NCBI GenBank assembly: GCA_951406725.2
Contig: OX597821.1
Location: 27,776,001-27,840,000 of the forward strand
Source: Octopus vulgaris
Taxonomy: Eukaryota
Length of the DNA: 64,000 nucleotides
Direction: 5' to 3'
Part shown: positions 54,025 to 64,000 of the stretch, in pieces
How the letters are laid out: each line of letters opens with the position of its first letter
How positions within the stretch are numbered: the first letter of the stretch is position 1
Program-made: the position numbers and the translations under genes
Notes under the pieces: generated by a model
What the model saw: the letters and a program-made list of their open reading frames with translations, nothing else
What the model was told of the DNA's origin: nothing
Databases searched by the model: none

Positions 54025-57000
54025 AGCAGTAATATATTCAATCGTAAATGTTTCACTTAATTGTCTACTACATTATCGAGTAATGGTGAGCGCTACTCCA
54101 TAATTTTCATTTTTTGTAGAAGCAAGTCCATGATTCTGTTCTTCTTTCCTTCTCATTGGAATCCTTTGCGCTGAATTATATCATGTTTCATGACTCCAGT
54201 AAATAGGAGGGCAATATATTGGTCTCCATCCTGCTATACCTTTATTACGCATTACATCTGTTCTACAGGACTTCACAAACAGACTGGCATGATGCGTCGA
54301 ATATAACATTCTAAACTAAATTGTAATGTTACTACAAGAAAACTGCCGAGCCGCGCAACGAAAGAAATTTATTGTTTTTATCGTATTTTGCGATTTGTGA
54401 AGTTTTAATCAGAAACACTTTAGAAGAATATAACTTCATGCAAATATGTTTTACGCCTTTTACAATATAGTAAGCTAGTTACTACAGCAGAAGTGGGCAA
54501 ACATCATGGAAGAATCTCTGTATTAAATATATCTGAGAAAATTATCAAGCTTAGTTTTGTGGTAGCAGCATTCTACCAAAACCTTATATGTGGTAATCCC
54601 TTACATATGAATATGTCCACATATTTTATGCTACTGTGGAAGTTTCTGATGCAGATAACAATTAAAATAATGACAATTATATTTACAATACTGATTCAAG
54701 TAATCAGTCACACTGTTTCAAAAAATTATTGGCGTTTCTATAGCACCAGAAACTTATGCCTTCTATTCATAAATTATGCCTTTCGTTTAATCCGAACACA
54801 TTTTAATTCTTATATGACAATGAGCATTTAAGACCAAACACCAACAACCCTTTATTTAATTCAAGTTATTGGAGAAATAACACATTTCATTTAAAAATGT
54901 TATGTTGAGTTGTAAATGGGCTTTCCGAGAACATTACAATTTTCTAAATACATGTTGACACGATAATTACAATAGCCCACTCAAATGTACTTGTAGTTTT
55001 TGTCTTTTTTTTTTCAGAATAAAATTACAATCGAAATTCTAAAACATATTGGAAGTCGCATTCAAGTGAAATAGTCTGAAATATTTGATGAAAATGTTAT
55101 TTACGAAAAAACTGTGAGAAAAATTTAAACGGCATATTGGCAAACAAACACGAACACGAAAACGTATACAAGTGTTCATAAACATCCAATGAAACAACGA
55201 AAATATTTGCAATGTTGACGGATAGATGAATAGTGCTAAAAATATTAACAGCACCTGCACCGTGACATTAATGACAAAGGCCATGTCTTGTATAGATTAA
55301 TTTTGATTTTGATTTTTCTGTGAAAGGTTTGAATTATGGTTGAAAAGAAGATTCTAGAAGTAATCAAGCTGTCAGTCCGTAACTAAGATTAGTAAAGGTG
55401 GTGAGTGACTGCAGAGGTAAGGATGAAATCTGAAAGTAAAATGGAAAATAAGACATTTAAAAAAAATAGGAATACGGAAATAAAATGGGATAAAGAAATT
55501 TTTAAAAATTTATAAAAAATCGTGCGTAGAAAGTTTTGACAGTAGGACGTGACGTCATATTACACTATTAAATCCTTAATATTACAGCTGAATGGTTTCT
55601 GAAATGAAGGCATGTAAGAATGAAATAATGATCGAAAGCACGAAAATAATAAAACAAGATTCAAATACATAAACAGAAATATGACAGAAAACTAAGAAGA
55701 TCGAAAGAAAAAACAAGATTTGCTGGCAGTGGCTTTTGATTTTTAATTCTTTTTCTTAGTGTTGTTGAAATCTATAAATGCTAAAAGCTGTAAGAAAATA
55801 CTTTATAGTTGACACATATAAAAACATTAAAGTGATTTGATAAATAAAAGACAAGATTGATATCTTTGAATCGATATTCGTTGATTACTTAAATTGAATT
55901 TAGATTATTTCAAGAGTATTTTTTTAATCAAATTTAAAAGACAAATGTATATATGAAAAAAAAATCTCATTAACTAACAATATATATGAAAACGAAAAAA
56001 GTTGCGATTTTCAAATCCAAAAGAAATTATTTTTGAATGAGATATCTCAACGGGTAAATTCAATTTACTGGATGATTTGCAACAACTACAGCAGCAAAAA
56101 ACAAAGTTAGTCAATTTTCAATTTGCACTTTATTGAAGAAAATATTTAATTCAAACCGCACGTAGTTAAATATGCCAAGAATTAATGTTTAACTACTAAG
56201 CAGGATTTGAGGACAAAATATAGCTGATAATATTGCTAAAGAGATATGGGAATGAGTTTGCATTAATCACTCAACGAAGAATCTTATTGAATGTCACACT
56301 TTGATTAATATTTCTACATTACAAATTCTTAGAAAACAAAATTGCCTTTAAATCACTTTGAAATTGTGAAAAGAAATAACATTTGCGTCCTACATACAAA
56401 GACCTTCCAAAATTGAATATTATAATCTTAATAATTGAATATTATTTTAAAAATTAAAAAAGTACACACTAGTAAAATACAGGAATTACAAGATTCTCTC
56501 CTGTCTGTAGAGCTTAGCGTAATCTTTGAGTAAGGGTTATTATCATGTACATACAGGAATAGATATGGAGATATATACATACATACTACATATACTAAAT
56601 ATGTATGTGTGTGCCCGCGAACATATGCATAAGACATATATAAACATATACATATTAAACGTGCGTGTATGTTATATTGGTTGCGTTTTTCACTCAACTC
56701 CAATTAAGATAACTTGTTTCCAATTTAATGAAATTTTCAGAATAGTGTCATACGGTTCCGTTCGTCTCATTCCTTATTTCTTTCCAAAACGTTGTCGTTG
56801 TTTAAAACCAAAGAAAGAAGTTTTGATAAAATGCTATGCATAAAAGTTTTGTATTTTGCATTTAAGGAAACATATAATTCTAAACAATTTTCTGTATTTT
56901 GTGACATGTATCTAAAGACGGACGTTCATAAAATCATACATTTCATTTTTACTGGAAAGCAATATATTCAATTAGACAAATGGCCACCTTAATAAACTGA

Positions 57001-57499
57001 TTCAATTATCAGAAAGCATATAAAACATACGTGTCACGATGGCTACATTTTATCATACATCGTATATTTAAAGCTTTGCTTGTGGTTTTTGCAAATAAAG
57101 GACATTATCTGGTCAGTAAAAGAATAGAAATTGCAGTGTTGTTCTTAAAATAATGTTAGTTGGCTTCCATGCCGGCTGAATAAACAATAACTCTAGTCAT
57201 TCTTATGGGCATATATTTGTAAATATATGTAGTTGGCAATTGATTCATTGGGTTATACTCCTGAATTTGTTTCTTCACAGAGAGAAATCTATCTATTTTA
57301 ACTTCCTTTCTGATTATCTATTGTTATAGTTTATGGTAAGCATATTGTTATAAGTCTTATTGTATGCAAAAGATATATTCATACAGTTACTGGTATATCA
57401 TTAGTAATACGAAACAAATTACAAGCATACCTCACCCTACGTCGTTAAGTGGTTCCAGGAGACACGACTTAAGCCGAAAAAAGACTTAAGTCGATTTAA

Positions 57500-57575
57500 A
57501 TTGTCTCTAGGCTACGCTAAGCCAAATTTACTTGTCTCTAGGCTACGCTAAGCCAAATTTACTTGTCTCTAGGCT
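57500..57575. repeat. 31-bp tandem repeat, ~2.5 copies
   Basis: TTGTCTCTAGGCTACGCTAAGCCAAATTTAC is repeated. Confidence 0.9.
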
Positions 57576-57647
57576 AAACTAGTAATAACCATTCCCACTT
57601 CTGTACTTTATTTATGAATGCATTTTCAATAATACATGGTTAATAAT

Positions 57648-57728
57648 TGCACCTTCAACGCTGCAATTGTGTTCGTTCCAGCACACGATCTCAGATCAAG
57701 TCACTCGCTATGCAAGTACATCTCCGTA
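57648..57728 (-). mobile_element. 81-bp retroposed fragment with 12-bp TSD inside the Tigger remnant
   Basis: ATGGTTAATAAT at 57636-57647 and 57729-57740. Orientation is inferred. Confidence 0.7.
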
Positions 57729-58011
57729 ATGGTTAATAATAACCTATTTTAAGCGTACAAACAGATAATTTTTATTTTTTAATACAGTGCAATAACGATT
57801 TTGCCCCATTTCTCATTTATGACAGTGTTCTTTATCTCTGGGGCTTCAGGTTTAATATGTGCTAAAATCTTTTCCATATTATGTACAGTCGTTGATACAG
57901 TTGTCTGGCTCATCCCAAAAGATCGTGCAATTGCTACCACTTTATGACCTTTTCTATGGTATTTTATCATAGTCAGCTTATCTTCCATCCTTATAGCATT
58001 TCGCTTAGTCC

Positions 58012-58071
58012 ATTCACTTGCTCGACTAAAGGCGGTACCCCAGCATGGCCGCAGTCAAATGACTGAAACAA
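58012..58071 (+). mobile_element. SINE family A 3' tip
   Basis: GCTCGACTAAAGGCGGTACCCCAGCATGGCCGCAGTCAAATGACTGAAACAA. Confidence 0.8.
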
Positions 58072-58079
58072 ATTTTAAA

Positions 58080-58710
58080 AATAGTGTTTTATTGTTATTC
58101 TTTATTTGTTTTCCTCTTTCCAGGGAGTCTTTCACACATTTTTCTAAACCTAACTTCTAATTTATTTCGTTGCCAAACTTATACTCTATTGGTAGTAATG
58201 ATTCCAGTTTCTTATTATGTGCAGCATACAGTTTGATGGTTAATTTTTTTTACCATAATAGTTATATCCAGAAACGAGACAAAAGACGAGTGGTGATAGA
58301 TAGTCAGCCTGGAAGATGCCACATGAAATTGATACATCCCCAGCATTCAAAGAGTTACTATTCAAAGTCTGTGTACTTTTCCATTATCTCATACTCACAA
58401 AGAAGACATTTCGCAGAGAAATTGTTATTTTATAAATTTTCAAACATTTCTCAATCCAATTATGTAGTAGACTATCAAAATCTTTTTTATAGGCTATCAG
58501 GCTTTTGACATTTTGTTTTCATGACAATCTGCCAAAATAATCTTATTGATGAGTATTTGATCTTTATAACCATAGGACCCACGTTTACATCCTTTCATGC
58601 CACCTTCTATTAAAAAGTTATAAGTATATTCAGTCAAGGCAGATATTAGCGTTTTATACATGGTTGTTAAGCCGGTTATGGGTCTATAATATTTTCGTTA
58701 ATTTGTTTCA
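58080..58710 (-). mobile_element. R4/Dong-like LINE RT fragment
   Basis: YRPITGLTTMYKTLISALT and GIFQADYLSPLVFCL. Confidence 0.78.
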
Positions 58711-58711
58711 C

Positions 58712-58730
58712 TATTATTATTATTATTATC

Positions 58731-58795
<65 letters not shown>

Positions 58796-58862
58796 CTTTA
58801 ATATTATTATTATTATTATTATTATCTTTATTATTATTATCTTTATTATTATTATTATTATC

Positions 58863-58898
<36 letters not shown>
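58712..58898. repeat. (TTA)n microsatellite
   Basis: Direct reading. Confidence 0.95.
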
Positions 58899-59478
58899 TG
58901 GTTCAGGTTCGATCTTATGCTTGATAGGATTTATGTGGGTAGGAGGTTACTAATTGCAACCTCAGGTACCTCAGGTTTTCATCAGTCTTTCAAGTGCTTA
59001 GAAGCCTCTTGATAATCCTTGCTGCCCGAAGAAACAAACGTTCTGTAGAAGCTCTACCGAATATTATATTACAATATCCTAAAGTCATGTGTCTATATCT
59101 TGTATTACTCTTTCCCAACGCACCAATTATTATAGGAATGACCTTTACTGTCCACAGGCTCGTAATTCTTTCTATTTAAAGTTTGTATTTTGTTTTTCTT
59201 TTCGATCCTCAAAACAAACGAGCATAATGGGTCGATAAGTAAGCAACTTCGCTTTTCCATATCTGGTCCATTATTTTCTCACTTTTTGTCCGTTTGGAGA
59301 GCTACGTCCCACAAAATCTTACGTTTCTCTGACTCTAATACTCCTTCGACTCGATTATTGTACCATGTGTTTCCAGCTTCAAATCCCCCGCCCCATATCT
59401 GGCACAGCTTCTAGTGTAAAACTGTTTACATTCTAGTAGTGCCTCCATTTCTTATATTCTTCTTGTGCCAACTTAGAC
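58899..59478 (-). mobile_element. R4/Dong-like LINE 3' end
   Basis: KLAQEEYKKWRH, RKILWDVALQTDK, KVIPIIIGALGK. The 3' end abuts (TTA)n. Confidence 0.78.
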
Positions 59479-60150
59479 ACGGCAATGGGATTGGTGGATG
59501 CTTTGCTTTAGAAATTTATAGAGGATCAATGGCGGGGAAGTGCGACAATGTTCTTGGGAAGACTCTGCGGGCCGACGGAAACGAACTGGCTAGTCTCTTC
59601 CGGTGAACTTTTCGGTCGACAGCTATCATGGATAATTTCCCGATGTCCTTGGTCTGGCAGTGTTACCGAGAAGAGCTACCGGTTCGATATAAACTCAATA
59701 GGCACGAATTTGCTTTCACACAGGCTTGACTGAGGCGCACACAGACTGCCGAAATCGTTCTGCACACAATTTCCGGCATTGCTGATTATGTCAAACAGCT
59801 ACTATCACGTGTGTGACGGATACGTCTGTCGGCCGAATCTGTAGTGATGGTCGCCCTGCCCCACTCCTTCAGTCGGGTAGGCAAGTCAGTTTTCCTTTGT
59901 CTGGTGTCTGTGGTGAAAGAGGTTGTTTGGTTGACTAGGCTCAAAGGTATCCGAACTGAAACATTCCTCTTTGTTCAGGCTCTCATTGACTTCAAGTTTC
60001 ACTCGAGCAGGAAATCCCCAGTGGAGAGGGAAGTACTGTCTTCGATTGACGTTATTGAAAGGTGGGCGAAAAATTGCAAAAATCGCAAAATTGGATGGGA
60101 CATCTCTCAATGTACATCCATCTTAAGCTTTCGCTGGCTTAGTACCTAAA
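59479..60150 (+). mobile_element. L1/Tx1-like LINE ORF2 C-terminal fragment
   Basis: SLVWQCYREELPVRYKLNRH (zf-RVT-like) and FLCLVSVVKEVVWLTRLKG...VEREVLS...ERW. GC-richer than the flanks. Confidence 0.75.
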
Positions 60151-61043
60151 TAAGAAACCATTAAAAAGCCTGCAAGTTTGCAAAATTGCTAACACATCGG
60201 ACGAAATAGTTACCAGCATTTCTCCCGCCTCTGCTTCGTGCGACTGAATCTGAAGTTAACTATGCATTTCATTTACTCGGGGGCTATGAAATAAAATAGC
60301 TGTCAAATTCATTGATCGTTACATTCGATTAACCACTCCCCCTAAAGGTCCTAGTCGTCGCGTATCAAAATTTAGAGGAGTTATTTTTATTCTCGGTAGT
60401 AGTGGCAGTAATATTTTTAGTTATAAGACCGACCTTAATGTTACTAGATCTTTGTTTTGTTGTTATTGTCTGATATATCCTCATACAGTTGATATTTATT
60501 TTATCTTTGAGTTTAGCGAAAACATATATTCTGATTGATAGATGTATGGTGTATATAATCATAACAAAATGAATATAAGGATACAGAAACACTAAGCCCG
60601 AACCACCAAATGAAAAAAATTTATATGATTATATTCATAAAAAATTATGCCAAACATGTATGTGTAAAAGAAGTATTTACTTCGAAAGAAATGCAACGTA
60701 GTATCGATATAGAAAATGTTCTATCACGTATATCTAAAATACTTTTGCAAAAGAAAAACTGAGCATTTCAAAAGGAAAATAAATTTAAAAAAAATATTCT
60801 ATTGTTTTAGCAATATGGAAAAACATTTTTTACTCGAATTTCGAAATAAGTTTTCTATACAAAATATTATGGAAAGTGTATCGAAGTAGATTTGAATAAA
60901 AAATGTTCAAATAACTCTTTTTAATTAACATATTTCAAAATGCATGGAAGAAAAATCATTGGTAGTGTGTTGTGTAAATGCTGAAATAGAACATAAATTT
61001 ACACTTGTAAACGTAGTCAAATTGACACATACTCATGTCCCAA

Positions 61044-61105
<62 letters not shown>

Positions 61106-61529
61106 TGTGTATGTAAACAAATTTTTCTTTTTTTTTAGAAGCGTTGAAATATATTGAAATATACAGATATGGAAATATTTTACAACCAAACGCATAATAA
61201 TAATGGTGAATAACATCGAATATCCTTATATTGCAGAAAAATTTATTATCAGCTAGTCATGAAGCTCGAACTACCATCTCTGGGAGTAATGGTCATAGTG
61301 CGTTGTCTTTAAGCTAAAGTGCCTACAAACAAATACTTCTACAATATTTGAACTAATAAATAAAGCTTTTATAGGGGCAGAAAAATTTCTGACATATCAC
61401 TATGACTCGTAATCACAGGTATGTGAGTTCGAGTCTCATGAATGGTTGCTAACATATGTTACTGCAATATAAGTATGTTCGATCCTATTCATAATATTCA
61501 ATATTATTATTATGCTTTTGATTGAAAAA

Positions 61530-61576
<47 letters not shown>

Positions 61577-61692
61577 TGTATGTATATGTATGTATATAGA
61601 TGTAAATATATATGCATATACTTACACACATATACCTTTCTCTGTCTGGCTCTCTTTTCTCTCGGTCTCTGTTACTGTTTCTGTCTCTTTCC

Positions 61693-61768
<76 letters not shown>

Positions 61769-62449
61769 GGAAAGACTATTTTCATATGTGGCGATTCAAA
61801 GAGACAGAATCAGACAATGGTCATATATACGTTTTGAATAAATCGACACACACCTAGAAAAGAAAAAAAAAACATAAATAAAAGTCGGGAAGAGCAAGAG
61901 AGAAATGGAACACATACTAGAATGACAACACACATGCAAGGAGGAAAGTACATACAGCTTCGGTATTCTTCAGGAATGAATTTTACACGCTCTGATCAAA
62001 ATAATTTAGCTCTCTGTCCTCTATTCATATGCCACTTTCGGTTTGAGTTGAGTAATACGCAACACATGCAATACTAAATTAATGGCAATATTTTGGCACG
62101 AGACGGTTCGATATTACAACATGCAATAACTGCCATATACGTATAACTGCATATAAGTATAAGAATGATATTAATTCAATGTAAGAGATGTTATAGAAAT
62201 CTAAGCCCTGTATATACATGTATATATAGACGTGTATATATGTATATATAACCGTGTATATATGTATATCTAGATATTCAGCTGCCTGCTGACTTACCTA
62301 CGACATTTCCAACCTACCTATCTTCCTCCCTTTTCCTACCTACCTACTCTCGTTCTTGTCCTTCTATCTATGTATTTATGTATGTATGTACGTATGTATG
62401 CATATATGTATGTATATATCTATTTGTCTCTCTCTGTTTGTCTGACCCG

Positions 62450-62519
<70 letters not shown>

Positions 62520-62522
<3 letters not shown>

Positions 62523-62705
62523 TGTAAAATAATATGTGACAGTTATTCGGTAGCCAAGATAAAACTCTGAGTTTCGGATGCCGGGGTGGAAATCCACACC
62601 ACCATCTGTTCAGTTATCTGGCCAACTCAGAGTTTTATCTTGGCTACCGAATAATTGTCACATATTATTTTACAGATAAATTTCCTCTTTTTACATAATA
62701 CTGAG
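62520..62705. mobile_element. foldback element: 54-bp inverted arms with an overlapping hammerhead-like motif
   Basis: Arms at 62520-62573 and 62624-62677 (53/54 match) with a 50-nt spacer; starts immediately after (TA)n. Confidence 0.8.
62553..62622 (-). ncRNA. type I hammerhead-like motif (core variant CTGAACA)
   Basis: GCCAGATAA-CTGAACA-GATGGTGGTGTGGA tt TCCACCCCGGCATC-C-GAAA-CTCAGAG-TT-TTATCTTGGC. Confidence 0.55.
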
Positions 62706-62859
62706 GTCTCTTTCTTTCTTTTGCCTAAGGTCTTATTAATCCTAGTACTTATTCTAATGGCCTCTTTTGCAGAACCGCTACGTTACGGGAACGTAGACAC
62801 ACAAATCTCTTCCCAGACACAACAGAAAAAGAGGAGAGCAACAAAATACTAGACAATTT

Positions 62860-63429
62860 CTTAAACGAAGTCCATCACAATGAAACCCAATATGTGCTTT
62901 TCAACAATTATAACACATATATAAAAGAAGCTGATAAGCGAAATGCTGTAGTTCTTATAAATATAGAACAACATAATTATATTTTGATAAGAGAAGACCT
63001 GTAGTCATTATGAATATGGAACAATACAAAATGCCGCATTCGCTCTCTCTAGCTCTCCTCTTATAATTACACACACACACACACACATGTATATATATAT
63101 ATATATTTACACACACACACATACACACATATATATATATATATGAATAAATGAAAGAATGGAGTCGAACGACGATTTTAACAAAATTCCTTTACTCTCG
63201 ACATATGTTTCGAAGACTGCATATTCTTAATTCCGAAGGAATTTTGTTAAAATCGTCGTTCGACTCCATTCTTTCATTTATTCATAGTTAAAAAAAACAC
63301 ACAAATTCCCACACGAGAATACGGGATTTCTGCCCTTGGCATGTAGCTTCAACCGTGTTTTCTGACTTGAATTTGCTACCCGGGTATCGGTCAACCGAAT
63401 TATCCATACTAGGATAATTCATTCACCTA

Positions 63430-63478
<49 letters not shown>

Positions 63479-64000
63479 CAATGTGTGTGCATAAATGTGT
63501 GTGCATAAATGTGTGAATCATCATCCATTAGGAAATTGTGAACAACTAACAAAGTGAACAAAGAACGGTGCTTAAAATTAACATTCTCATAGTGCATCAC
63601 GGAAAGGGCTTAACTAAGGCAGAAATCTATTATCTAGATTATCTACCAAACATTATATTCAAGACCAGTTTTTCCTGCGGACTTCCCAAAATGCACAAAA
63701 ATAAAGTAATGAAAGCTGTCCTGCAAAGAATCATACTCAGTCTACATAAACATGCCAGTTTTGAAGTTCCTCAAAGTAAGAACAATTGAGGCAGCCCCAG
63801 CTTGTGATACTCACAGACAACAAATCCATTCACACATTGTTAAAGTCGTTTTACAAATTAAAGCCGTCTCCCGAAAAAACTTAACTGGAATAGCATAATC
63901 GCTTCATTTGATGTAGTAACTCTAAATAGTACTACCCCACACAAGTACGGTGTAGAGGAGATGGACTTTTGGCTAAGAAAATTTCCTCAAAAAATTTCAA
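62860..64000 (+). mobile_element. Penelope-like RT pseudogene, interrupted at ~63040-63525
   Basis: IKEADKRNAVVL, then GLTKAEIYYL...FKTSFSCGLPKMHK, and IASFDVVTLNSTTPHKYGVEEMDFWLRKFP (SFDVxSLYTNIPH equivalent). Confidence 0.82.
63142..63431. mobile_element. foldback element: perfect 51-bp inverted arms, half hammerhead in the spacer, unique tail, flanked by (TA)n
   Basis: Arms at 63142-63192 and 63236-63286. The spacer on the minus strand reads ...TGCAGTCTTC-GAAA-CATATG-TC-GAGAG. Confidence 0.82.

Larger units (their letters stand above)
57422..58010 (-). mobile_element. Tigger/pogo-like DNA transposon remnant (CENP-B/psq-type HTH N-terminus)
   Basis: KRNAIRMEDKLTMIKYHRKGHKVVAIARSFGMSQTTVSTTVHNMEKI. 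TA-CAAGCATACCTC TIR-like end. Internally deleted. Confidence 0.8.

Noticed and set aside
57500-57575. Short direct repeats considered as a CRISPR-like array
   Set aside because: The repeats have no spacers, and the context is a eukaryotic transposon.
61400-61450. tRNA-like B box GAGTTCGAGTC
   Set aside because: No cloverleaf; probably a decayed SINE head.

Overview
AT-rich, repeat-dense eukaryotic non-coding DNA. The SINE families and the abundant (TA)n/(CA)n/(TACA)n/(TTA)n tracts suggest an octopus or other coleoid cephalopod genome; this is inferred, not proven. No intact protein-coding gene is recognisable. Most ORFs in the supplied track are microsatellite artefacts or transposon fragments. 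The window contains several degenerate mariner copies, a Tigger/pogo remnant, Penelope-like (PLE) RT and GIY-YIG remnants, R4/Dong-type, RTE-type and L1/Tx1-type LINE fragments, three or four tRNA-derived SINE families, a non-autonomous Helitron, and two oppositely oriented GG-TIR MITEs with 8-bp TSDs and internal TTAGGG repeats. There is also a probable ~1-kb solo LTR and two weak candidate minus-strand exons. The most notable signal is a set of type I hammerhead-ribozyme motifs in PLE-derived termini (5067-5111, 33103-33186, 62553-62622, and a half motif at 63193-63235). Two of these sit in short foldback elements with 51-54-bp arms next to (TA)n microsatellites. Several long inverted TE pairs could form dsRNA if transcribed.
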